DNA of 64,000 nucleotides from Candidatus Hydrogenedentota bacterium (GTDB lineage: Bacteria > Hydrogenedentota > Hydrogenedentia > Hydrogenedentales > SLHB01): the NCBI GenBank assembly GCA_045863335.1, contig BTVY01000026.1, forward strand, positions 1-64,000. Direction: 5' to 3'. The position numbers and the translations under genes are program-made. This document shows, one piece after another, positions 21,593 to 30,239 of this stretch. The notes beneath the pieces were generated by a model. That model made no database searches. It had not been told where the DNA came from and saw only the letters and a list, made by a program, of their open reading frames with translations. Every line of letters begins with the position of its first letter. Position 1 is the stretch's first letter.

Positions 21593-22147
21593 ATGGCCGA
21601 GCTTAAGACTGTATTCCTCGACGACCTTCCCGACGCAATCCCCGTCGAGTCCCAGACCGCCCCCACACCGGCCCCTCGCTCCGTTGCGCGGCGTGCCGAG
21701 CGCAGCCGTAAATTGGGTGAATGGCTGATTCTCGAGGGGCTCATCACCGAGAATCAATTGGGCGACGCATTGGCGTACCAGGCGGAGCATGGCGGGAAAC
21801 TTGGGGAAATCCTCGTCAAACTGGGGATCGTGGATGCCGAAGAATACCTGGCCTTCCTGGCCCGTACTGCTGGCGTCGGCAGCGTCCGGCTCGCCAACTA
21901 TTCCATCCGCCAGGAAGACGTCCGCTTGCTTCCCAAGGACGTCGCGGCGCGCCATGAGCTGGTGCCCATCGACCGGTTTGGCGACCAAATCGTCGTCGCC
22001 ATGGTGTACCCGCTCAACTATGGCGCCGTTGAAGAAGTGGAGAATCTGACCGGGCTGCAGGCTCGCCCGGTCCTTTGCTCGAGCGATGCATTCCGGCTTG
22101 CGTACGAGCACTTTTATCCGCATAACGGTTCGACCCGGAATACGTAG
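21593..22147 (+). CDS. Stand-alone MshEN (T2SSE_N) c-di-GMP receptor domain protein
   Basis: KLGEWLILEGLITENQLGDALAYQ...KLGEILVKLGIV tandem motif, VAMVYP; no ATPase domain. Confidence 0.82.
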   Translation: MAELKTVFLDDLPDAIPVESQTAPTPAPRSVARRAERSRKLGEWLILEGLITENQLGDALAYQAEHGGKLGEILVKLGIVDAEEYLAFLARTAGVGSVRLANYSIRQEDVRLLPKDVAARHELVPIDRFGDQIVVAMVYPLNYGAVEEVENLTGLQARPVLCSSDAFRLAYEHFYPHNGSTRNT

Positions 22148-22350
22148 TGCTGCTATCAGTGCCGGTACCCTGTTGGTGATCGGTTGTTGACCTCCTCAGA
22201 GGCGTCAGTCGCTGTGAAGCCACTGGCGCCTCACGCATTCTCAGGGGGGGAAACTTGCAGAAACCGGCAGGATTATGCCATAGTCACGCCCGAGTTCTTT
22301 CGTTCGTAAACGCCCATTTTGTAAGTTTGCCCCCCGCTTCGCCCCCGTGG

Positions 22351-22542
22351 CGCACGCGTTGCGCCGGGAGGTCGTGTTTACGATTCGAGAGGGATACAGC
22401 GGTTCGGCTGTACCGGGGAGCCTGGCCGAAAGGCCGATTCACGAAATAATCCTCCAACGGGCGCACCGTGTGCGTTCGATGTATCGCGGCGACCGCTTGC
22501 CGCATCCAATCGGGTTGGGGGATGGCTACCCCAAGTAGCCAT
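22351..22542 (+). ncRNA. Candidate structured leader RNA upstream of serA (unassigned)
   Basis: Long stem 22351-65/22460-74, GGAGG/CCTCC, hairpins TACAGC/GCTGTA and GGCC-GAAA-GGCC, ATGGCTAC/GTAGCCAT abutting the RBS. Confidence 0.4.
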
Positions 22543-22556
22543 GGAGAGATTTACCC

Positions 22557-24134
22557 ATGCCAAGAATACTCGTGCTCGACAATCTGAGTCAGGAAGGCGT
22601 CGATATCTTTCGGGAGGCCGGATTCGACGTTGATGTAAAACCTCCGCAAAAACCGGACGAACTCGCCGCCATCATCGGCGATTACGACGGGCTGGTTGTA
22701 CGCAGCGCGACCAAGGTGACGGCGGAGGCCCTGGAAACCGCCGGAAACATGAAGGTCATCGGGCGGGCTGGCGCCGGCACCGACAACATCGACAAAGACG
22801 CGGCAACGAAACGCGGCATTGTCGTAATGAACGTACCTGGCGGAAACACCATCTCCACCTGCGAGCATACCTTCGCCCTTCTGTTCGCCCTGTGCCGGAA
22901 TGTGCCCCGCGCCCACGCCTCGATGATGGAAGGCCGCTGGGACCGGAAATTGTTCTCGGGCACCGAGGTCAATGGCAAGACCCTCGGCATCGTCGGTGCG
23001 GGCCGTATCGGGGGTGCTGTCGCGAAACGGGCCCAGGCCTTCGGCATGAACGTGCTCGTCTACGATCCCATTCTCACCAAACTGAAGGCCGAAGCGTTGG
23101 GCGTGGAACTGGTTTCGCTCGACGAAATCATCGAACGGTCCGATTTCATCACCATTCACGCGCCGAAGACGGATAAGACGGCGAACATGATCCGCGCCGA
23201 ACACCTGAAGCGCATGAAGCCCACCTGCCGCATCGTCAACTGTGCGCGCGGCGGGCTCGTCAACGAGGAAGACCTCGCGCAGGCCCTGAAAGACAAGACG
23301 ATCGCGGGCGCCGCGCTGGACGTGTATACCTCGGAACCTCTTGAGAAAAATCCCTTCCTCGGCCTCGACAATATCGTGACGACACCTCACCTTGCAGCGT
23401 CCACCGATGAAGCCCAATTGACCGTGGCCGTCGATGTGGCCCGTCAAATGGTCGAATACCTGACCACGGGCGCTATTGTGAACGCGGTCAACGTGCCGAG
23501 CCTTGACGCAGAAACGCGGAAGCAGCTCCAGCCCTTGCTGGTGTTGGCGGAGCGCCTGGGTCGGTTCATGTCCCAATACATGGACGATCGGCCGAAGGGG
23601 TTGGAAATCACGTACGATGGCGAATTACCCGTGACCGATACCTATCCCATCACGGCGGCGATCCTGACGGGATTCCTCGAACCCCTGGTCGAGACCGTGA
23701 ACGTGGTCAGCGCGCCCCATCTGCTGAATGAATACGGGATCGACTTCAGCGAGAAACGCAGCGCCCAACCCCACGACTACGCGTTCCAGATTCGCGTGAC
23801 GGCAGCGACCGACTCCGAAAGCCACGAAGTAGCCGGTACCCTGTTCAACAACCAGGAGCCGCGCATCTGCAGCATCGACGGCACGCGGGTCGACGTGGAA
23901 CTCGTGACGAAGCTGGTCGTGTGTATCAACGAAGACAAGCCCATGGTGCTGGGCCGGGTCGCGATGACCATCGGCGAGGCCGGCGTGAACATCGCAAACC
24001 TCGCCCTGGGCCGGGAAACAGCCGGTGGCCGCGCCACGGCGGTGATCAACATCGACGGCCCCATGGATGACGCGGTCATCGACCGCATTCGCCAGATACC
24101 GCACGTAATCGAAGCGCGGATGGTAGAAGTATAG
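22557..24134 (+). CDS. serA: D-3-phosphoglycerate dehydrogenase (type I, ASB + ACT)
   Basis: VRSATKVT, GRAGAGTDNID, GAGRIG, NCARGG, TPHLAAST, C-terminal ACT domain. Confidence 0.95.
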   Translation: MPRILVLDNLSQEGVDIFREAGFDVDVKPPQKPDELAAIIGDYDGLVVRSATKVTAEALETAGNMKVIGRAGAGTDNIDKDAATKRGIVVMNVPGGNTISTCEHTFALLFALCRNVPRAHASMMEGRWDRKLFSGTEVNGKTLGIVGAGRIGGAVAKRAQAFGMNVLVYDPILTKLKAEALGVELVSLDEIIERSDFITIHAPKTDKTANMIRAEHLKRMKPTCRIVNCARGGLVNEEDLAQALKDKTIAGAALDVYTSEPLEKNPFLGLDNIVTTPHLAASTDEAQLTVAVDVARQMVEYLTTGAIVNAVNVPSLDAETRKQLQPLLVLAERLGRFMSQYMDDRPKGLEITYDGELPVTDTYPITAAILTGFLEPLVETVNVVSAPHLLNEYGIDFSEKRSAQPHDYAFQIRVTAATDSESHEVAGTLFNNQEPRICSIDGTRVDVELVTKLVVCINEDKPMVLGRVAMTIGEAGVNIANLALGRETAGGRATAVINIDGPMDDAVIDRIRQIPHVIEARMVEV

Positions 24135-24183
24135 ATTCTGAAGTCAGACGAAACCTACGCGGAAGCAACTTGCAGAGGATACC

Positions 24184-25419
24184 ATGGCCAACTACAAATT
24201 CATCAAAGTACCTGACGGCGAACGAATCACGAAGAAGGACGGTGGAAAACTCGATACGCCGGATAAACCTATTGTGGCGTTTATCGAAGGCGACGGAACC
24301 GGGCCGGACATCTGGCGCGCGTCCAAACTGGTCTTTGATGCGGCCGTGAAACACTGCTACGGCGGGAAGCGCGAAATCGCGTGGATGGAGATCTTCGCGG
24401 GTGAAAAAGCCAACCAGCATTGCGGAAGCTATTTGCCCGACGAGACCCTTGAGGCCATCGAAGAGTTCCATGTGGCCATCAAGGGGCCGCTCACAACCCC
24501 CGTCGGCGGCGGGTTCCGCAGTCTGAACGTGACCCTGCGCCAGAAGCTGGATCTCTTCGCCTGCGTGCGGCCCGTCCGCTACTTCGAAGGCGTGCCGAGC
24601 CCTGTGCGGGATCCCCACAAGGTCGACATGGTGATCTTCCGCGAAAACACGGAAGACGTGTACGCCGGCTTCGAGTTGCAGGAAGGCAAGGACGAGACGG
24701 CCAAGCTCATCAAGTTTCTCAAGTCTGAATACGGCTGGGACATCCGGCCCGATTCCGGCATCGGCATCAAGCCAATCAGCATCGAAGGGTCCAAGCGTCT
24801 GATCCGGGCGGCCATCAATCACGCTATCGAGCACAAGCGCAAAAGCGTGACCCTCGTCCACAAGGGGAACATTATGAAGTTCACCGAGGGCGCCTTCCGC
24901 AAGTGGGGATACGATCTTGTAAAGGAAGAGTTCTCCGACGTGGCGGTCGGGTGGGACGACTGCAATGGAAACCCTGGCGATAAGATCCTGATCAAAGACG
25001 CCATTGCGGATATCTTCCTGCAGCAGATCCTCACGCGTCCCGACGAGTTCGACGTGGTCGCCACCATGAACCTGAACGGCGACTACATGAGCGACGCCCT
25101 GGCCGCGCAAGTGGGCGGAATCGGTATCGCGCCCGGCGCGAACATCAACTACGAAACCGGTACCTCCATTTTCGAGGCGACCCACGGTACTGCGCCTAAA
25201 TACGCCAATCAGGACAAGGTTAACCCGAGCAGCGTGATCTTGTCCGGGATCATGATGTTCGACCACATGGGGTGGAACGAAGTCGCCGACGCCGTAATCG
25301 GTTCCATGGTGAGGACGTTCCGAGAGAAGAAGGTGACCTACGATCTAGCGCGGCTCATGGATGGAGCGCAGTTGCTGAAGTGCAGCGAATTCGGAAAGGC
25401 TCTGGTCGAGAATCTCTGA
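24184..25419 (+). CDS. icd: NADP-dependent isocitrate dehydrogenase
   Basis: [56 protein letters not shown]. Confidence 0.97.
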   Translation: MANYKFIKVPDGERITKKDGGKLDTPDKPIVAFIEGDGTGPDIWRASKLVFDAAVKHCYGGKREIAWMEIFAGEKANQHCGSYLPDETLEAIEEFHVAIKGPLTTPVGGGFRSLNVTLRQKLDLFACVRPVRYFEGVPSPVRDPHKVDMVIFRENTEDVYAGFELQEGKDETAKLIKFLKSEYGWDIRPDSGIGIKPISIEGSKRLIRAAINHAIEHKRKSVTLVHKGNIMKFTEGAFRKWGYDLVKEEFSDVAVGWDDCNGNPGDKILIKDAIADIFLQQILTRPDEFDVVATMNLNGDYMSDALAAQVGGIGIAPGANINYETGTSIFEATHGTAPKYANQDKVNPSSVILSGIMMFDHMGWNEVADAVIGSMVRTFREKKVTYDLARLMDGAQLLKCSEFGKALVENL

Positions 25420-25548
25420 TGACCCGAATCCCGGGACCACAACGCAGTGGATTTGGGATTGGTAACGAATTAGCGGGTTTTGCCGATTGATCAAAACTAG
25501 AAAATGTGGTACGCTTTTCGTAGCTGTTTAACGAGGGAGTGTGCCACA

Positions 25549-26292
25549 GTGGCCAGTGCGTCGGGTGTCGAAGTGGAAGTCGAACCGGAGTCCTCGCGGG
25601 ATCGTAACGCTCAGATCTACCGTTTCGCCCAAATCGGGCGGTGCGTGAGCAGCGTTACCCATGATGTGAACAACTACCTGGGCGCTATCATGGCCTATGC
25701 CGAGCTGGTTGGCATGGACAGCAACCTAAGCCCGGAATCCAACCGGATGTTGGGCGAAGTCATCGGGGCCGTGCGGAAATCCAGCGCGCTGGTGAATAAT
25801 CTCACCGACGTCGCCCGCAAGGAACGGCTGGACGTCCGCATTATCGATCCCTCGACCTTGATGGAGCGCGTGCTCGACCTGCGCCGCTACGACATGAAGG
25901 TTGGACACGTTACCCTTGCGACAGAATACGCGCCGGACCTTGTTAACGTCACCGTCGATCTACCCAAGATTCAACTCGCCTTCATGTACCTCATCTCCAA
26001 CGCCATCGAAGCGTTGGAAGAGACAAAGATTAAACGGCTGGACATACGCGTGGGGCTCGTGGATGGGGTTGTGGAATTCGCGTTCAAGGACTCTGCGCCC
26101 GCGATCGCGCCCGACGTCGTCCAGCGCATGTTTGAACCTTACTTCACGACCAAGGCGAAGGAACACCTCGGCCTGGGCCTGACCCTCGCACGTGCCACGA
26201 TTGAGGATCACGACGGGGAGTTGTCCTATACACCGGACCGCGGTTTCCTCGTGCGCATTCCGCTAAACAACCACTACTCGCAGCCGGCCTGA
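25549..26292 (+). CDS. Sensorless histidine kinase-like protein (degenerate HATPase)
   Basis: H-box THDVNNYLGAI, N-box SNAIEA, F-box FEPYFTTK; G1 DSAPA and G2 HLGLGL degenerate. GTG 25549 after GGGAG. Confidence 0.78.
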   Translation: MASASGVEVEVEPESSRDRNAQIYRFAQIGRCVSSVTHDVNNYLGAIMAYAELVGMDSNLSPESNRMLGEVIGAVRKSSALVNNLTDVARKERLDVRIIDPSTLMERVLDLRRYDMKVGHVTLATEYAPDLVNVTVDLPKIQLAFMYLISNAIEALEETKIKRLDIRVGLVDGVVEFAFKDSAPAIAPDVVQRMFEPYFTTKAKEHLGLGLTLARATIEDHDGELSYTPDRGFLVRIPLNNHYSQPA

Positions 26293-26307
26293 TCGTCGTC
26301 GGCTCCG

Positions 26308-27198
26308 CTACTCCGCTTTTCTAAACACGAAGATGTGGCTGATGGCCATCGGCCATCGCGTTCCCAACACGGGCCAACCCAGCCGATTAATCCAGGCCAG
26401 ACCGCGCTGGGCAAGTCCCGTCATCCCCCTTCCGCGTGCTTGAGGACCCAACCGGACGTCCACAAGTTCGAATCCACGTCGTTTCATGAGCGCGCTCATA
26501 CCGTCGATGGAGAACAGAACCGTGTGCCAGGGGGGGCAGAACACCTGATGAAGCTGGGGCAGCTCCGCATTGCGCCAGCCCAACCGGAGCGCGCTGCCCA
26601 TGAAAGTAGCGAATCGGGCCGTCGGCTGCATGGACACGAACAGGCCGCCTTCGCGCAGCAACGAACGCGCGTGCTCCAACCAGGCATCGTGTTCGACGAT
26701 GTGCTCGAAGACCGCGGACATGACCAGCGCGTCAAAAGGACCGCCGGTCACGTCGCGGACATCGCGAAACTCCACCGGGAATCCGCGGCGTTGGCAATGC
26801 GCCACCATTTCCTCGGATACATCGATGCCCGCGTAGTCGAATCCCTCCGCCAGGAGCACCTCGCAGAGTCCGCCCCAGCCCGAACCGATTTCCAACACCC
26901 GGGAACCTGCCTCGTGTGCTTTCAGGACGGACGCGATGGCTTCATAGTAGGGGCGTGCCGCGCCGGTCTGTTCGTCTACGTCGGAGCGGCAATGGCCGGC
27001 CGTCGCATAGTCTTTTCGATAGGCCTCATCGAGTTCCGCGCGCGTCGGCAGCGGGAATAGCTGAAGATTGCCGCATTCCGTGCAGCGGTAGTAGTGGTAT
27101 CCTTCCCGCGGCCCAAAGGGTTCAAGCGAACCATGGCAGGATACGCACGCCGCGACGCTTGCGTGGGTTTGGTCTTGTGAAGGTGATGTGTCCATCAT
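26308..27198 (-). CDS. Class I SAM-dependent methyltransferase with N-terminal Zn ribbon
   Basis: CVSC...CTEC, VLEIGSGWG, VFEHI, PPWH. Confidence 0.88.
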   Translation of the reverse strand: MMDTSPSQDQTHASVAACVSCHGSLEPFGPREGYHYYRCTECGNLQLFPLPTRAELDEAYRKDYATAGHCRSDVDEQTGAARPYYEAIASVLKAHEAGSRVLEIGSGWGGLCEVLLAEGFDYAGIDVSEEMVAHCQRRGFPVEFRDVRDVTGGPFDALVMSAVFEHIVEHDAWLEHARSLLREGGLFVSMQPTARFATFMGSALRLGWRNAELPQLHQVFCPPWHTVLFSIDGMSALMKRRGFELVDVRLGPQARGRGMTGLAQRGLAWINRLGWPVLGTRWPMAISHIFVFRKAE

Positions 27199-27339
27199 GA
27201 TTGTTGCTGCATTGCCGCCGCAACCTTAGATGCTGGAACGCCCGAAATCAACCATGCGCCCCCCGGCGCGTTGAATGCGTTCCGAGATGCATAGTATCGT
27301 ACGCCCACGCGGTGTAAGTTGGGGTTTCCCGGAGGCGGC

Positions 27340-28269
27340 ATGGAACACAGTACCCCGGAAATTTCGGTGGTCATTCCCATATTTAACGAAGAGCCCAATC
27401 TTCGGGAATTGCTGCGCCGTATCGCGGAGACGCTGGACGCCGTGGGGCGTACCTTTGAAGTCATCGCCGTCGACGACGGCAGTTCCGATGGGAGTCTCGG
27501 CGTCTTGAAGGAGATTCGCGAGGCGGACCCGCGCCTTCGCATCGTGTGTCTGGCGCGCAATTTCGGTCAAAGCCCCGCGCTCTACGCCGGATTCGCCCAC
27601 GTCCGCGGTCAGATCATCGCCATGATCGACGCCGACTTGCAGAACCCCCCGGAGGAACTTCCAAAGCTCATTGCCAAGATTGACGAGGGCTACGACTTCG
27701 TCAGCGGGTATCGTTTCGACCGCCAGGATTCGTTTTTGAGGACCGTTCCGTCGCGCGTCATCAACTATGTCGTGAAGAAGACTACGCGCGCCGAGTTTCG
27801 CGATGTGGGCTGTTCGATCAAGGCGTTCCGGCGCAACGTCATTGATGTGATGGGCCGCTTCACCCACCGCTCCCGATATCTGCCGGTAGACGTGGCGCTC
27901 CTCGGCGTGCGCACGGCCGAAGTCGGAGTGGCCCACGACAAACGGGTCGCGGGGACCAGCAAGTACGGGTTCTTCACGCTTATCCGCACCACTTTTGATC
28001 TCGTGACAAGTGTGACCGCCGCGCCCCTGCGATTTTTCGGCCTGCTTGGCTGGCTGTTTGCGCTTGTCGGATTCGGTGTTGGGTTGCGCGTGGCCTACGT
28101 GCGATTCACCGAAGGCGACGTCAATCAGCTCGGTTCCGTCATGGCTATCGTGTTCTTCCTTTTTGGCGTGCAGATGATCGGCACCGGCTTGATGTGCGAG
28201 TACATCAGCCGCATTTACATCGAGGTGCAGAACCGCCCCTATTACCTCGTGCGGGAAGTGATCGAATAA
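27340..28269 (+). CDS. GT2 polyprenyl-phosphate glycosyltransferase (ArnC/GtrB-like)
   Basis: SVVIPIFNEE, VDDGSSD, RNFGQ, DADLQNPPE, two C-terminal TMs, EYISRIY...RPYY. Confidence 0.92.
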   Translation: MEHSTPEISVVIPIFNEEPNLRELLRRIAETLDAVGRTFEVIAVDDGSSDGSLGVLKEIREADPRLRIVCLARNFGQSPALYAGFAHVRGQIIAMIDADLQNPPEELPKLIAKIDEGYDFVSGYRFDRQDSFLRTVPSRVINYVVKKTTRAEFRDVGCSIKAFRRNVIDVMGRFTHRSRYLPVDVALLGVRTAEVGVAHDKRVAGTSKYGFFTLIRTTFDLVTSVTAAPLRFFGLLGWLFALVGFGVGLRVAYVRFTEGDVNQLGSVMAIVFFLFGVQMIGTGLMCEYISRIYIEVQNRPYYLVREVIE

Positions 28270-28303
28270 TGCGCGATCCAGGCCGGAGAGGCGGGAACAC
28301 CGC

Positions 28304-29368
28304 ATGAGTGCCGACGCCATCAACGTGCTGGTCCTTGGCGCGGGCAGCAATGTCAGCCAGGGGATTCTGAAGGCGCTGGCCTTGTCGAAGCTGCCGTGCA
28401 ACGTCATTGCCGCTGGCGTTCACCCCATGGATTTCGGGCTCCACACCGGCCATCGCGCCTATCTCTGTCCCTGGGCAACCGATCCGGCTTTCATGGATTG
28501 GTTGCTCGACACCTGCCGCAAGGAACGCATTCACGCGATCCTTTCCGGCGCGGAAACCGTGGTCGATTTCTTGACCGAACACGCGTCCGCGATCCAGAGG
28601 GATTGCGGTGCCATGAGCCTCGTCAGTAGAACGGCCGTGCACGCCATCGGGAAAGACAAACTCGGCACTTGCCACTGGCTGGAGCAACACGGGTTCCGTG
28701 CGCCCGAATCCGCCATGCCGGAAGACGAGCCCGCACTGACGGCGCTCGTCACGCGGCACGCGTATCCCTTCGTGGCCAAGCCGCGGTTCGGCGGCGGCTC
28801 GCGCGGCTTGATCTGGATTCGCGACGACATCGATCTCGACTATATCCGGAAACGTCCCGGCTACGTCGTGCAGGAATGTGTAGGCACGGAAGACCAGGAG
28901 TATACGGTCGGGTGCTTCTGCGATCGGGATGGCAAGGTCCGCGGCACCATCGTCATGCGGCGCGAGTTGCAAGACGGCGCAACAGTCCGCGCCATTGCCT
29001 GCGATCATCCCCTGGTCGAGGACGCCTCCCGGCGAATCGTCGAGACCCTGAAACCCACGGGGCCCTGCAACGTCCAATGCCGCGTGGCGGACGGCGATGT
29101 GGTCTGTTTCGAGATGAACATCCGGTTCTCGGGCACCACGCCCCTGCGCGCCCGGCTGGGGTTCAACGAAGTTGAAGCGGCGTTGCGTCACTATGTCCTG
29201 GGCGAAGCGGCCTGCGATCTCCCGCGAATCACTCGCGGGATGGCAGTCCGATATTTGAACGAACTCTATCTCGATCCGGCCGCCTGCGAGGATTTGTCCA
29301 CGGAAGGTTTCCTCCGCGTACCGGAACATTACCCCTCCCGGCTCGAAACCTACGGAAACCGGCCATGA
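28304..29368 (+). CDS. ATP-grasp domain protein (CarB/PylC-like amide ligase)
   Basis: DKLGT, AKPRFGGGSRG, VVQE, EYTV, FEMNIRFSG. Confidence 0.85.
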   Translation: MSADAINVLVLGAGSNVSQGILKALALSKLPCNVIAAGVHPMDFGLHTGHRAYLCPWATDPAFMDWLLDTCRKERIHAILSGAETVVDFLTEHASAIQRDCGAMSLVSRTAVHAIGKDKLGTCHWLEQHGFRAPESAMPEDEPALTALVTRHAYPFVAKPRFGGGSRGLIWIRDDIDLDYIRKRPGYVVQECVGTEDQEYTVGCFCDRDGKVRGTIVMRRELQDGATVRAIACDHPLVEDASRRIVETLKPTGPCNVQCRVADGDVVCFEMNIRFSGTTPLRARLGFNEVEAALRHYVLGEAACDLPRITRGMAVRYLNELYLDPAACEDLSTEGFLRVPEHYPSRLETYGNRP

Positions 29369-30237
29369 AGGTGCTCGTCACCGGCAGCAGCGGCCACGTC
29401 GGCGGGGCCATTGCGCGATACCTGCACGAACACGGAAATACAGTCATGGGGATGAGCCGTCGCCGGGCGGCCTTGCCCGAGGCCATTCAACAAATCAGCA
29501 CGGACATTTCAGTACCGGAGTTTCTCGTACGGGCGTTTGTGGAACCGGAACCTTGCGACGCCATCGTGCATGCGGCGGCTGACCTGTCCAAGGTGCCCTT
29601 CAACCCCGTCACCAGCGCGGTAAATGGTGTGGGTACGCACCAGGTGCTGCGGCTCGCGCATGAGTTGCAGGTACGTTCCTTTGTTTTTATTTCGGGCGTC
29701 GCGGTGATCGGACAGCCCGTGGAATCCCCCATAACGGAAGCCCATCCGGTCGCGCCGAAGACCGCGTATCACGCGTCCAAACTCTACGGCGAACACCTGA
29801 CGGCGATAGCGCGAGAAGCCGGAATTCCGTCGGTCGTCTTGCGATTGACCTCACCCATAGGCCCCGGCACGCCGCCAGGCCGAATCCTGACCCACTTCGT
29901 GGAGCGCGCGTTGCGGGGTGAGCCGCTGGTACTGCACGGCAAGGGGACACGGCGACAAAACTATATCGACGTGCGGGACGCGGCAAAAGCCACGGCCACG
30001 TGTATCGAGCGCGGCGTCACGGGCCTGTACAACATCGGCGGAAACGAAACCGTCTCGAACCATGAACTCGCGCAACGGTGTATCGAGGTGCTTTCGTCAA
30101 GCTCGGACGTGGAATTCAGCGGCAATCCCGATCCCGATGACGCGGTATCCTGGGATGTCTCGTCACGCGCTGCGGCCGAGGCGTTCGGATACGAGCCGGA
30201 ACACTCCCTGGAAGCGTCCATTCAATCGATGGCATAG
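29365..30237 (+). CDS. NAD-dependent epimerase/dehydratase
   Basis: VLVTGSSGHVG, YHASK, LHGKGTRRQNYIDVRD. Confidence 0.9.
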   Translation: MKVLVTGSSGHVGGAIARYLHEHGNTVMGMSRRRAALPEAIQQISTDISVPEFLVRAFVEPEPCDAIVHAAADLSKVPFNPVTSAVNGVGTHQVLRLAHELQVRSFVFISGVAVIGQPVESPITEAHPVAPKTAYHASKLYGEHLTAIAREAGIPSVVLRLTSPIGPGTPPGRILTHFVERALRGEPLVLHGKGTRRQNYIDVRDAAKATATCIERGVTGLYNIGGNETVSNHELAQRCIEVLSSSSDVEFSGNPDPDDAVSWDVSSRAAAEAFGYEPEHSLEASIQSMA

Positions 30238-30239
30238 CC

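Noticed and set aside
22395-22421. ZTP (pfl) riboswitch suggested by hairpin + CGGGGAGC
   Set aside because: GACUGGCG and CGCCUGGGC pseudoknot elements are absent.
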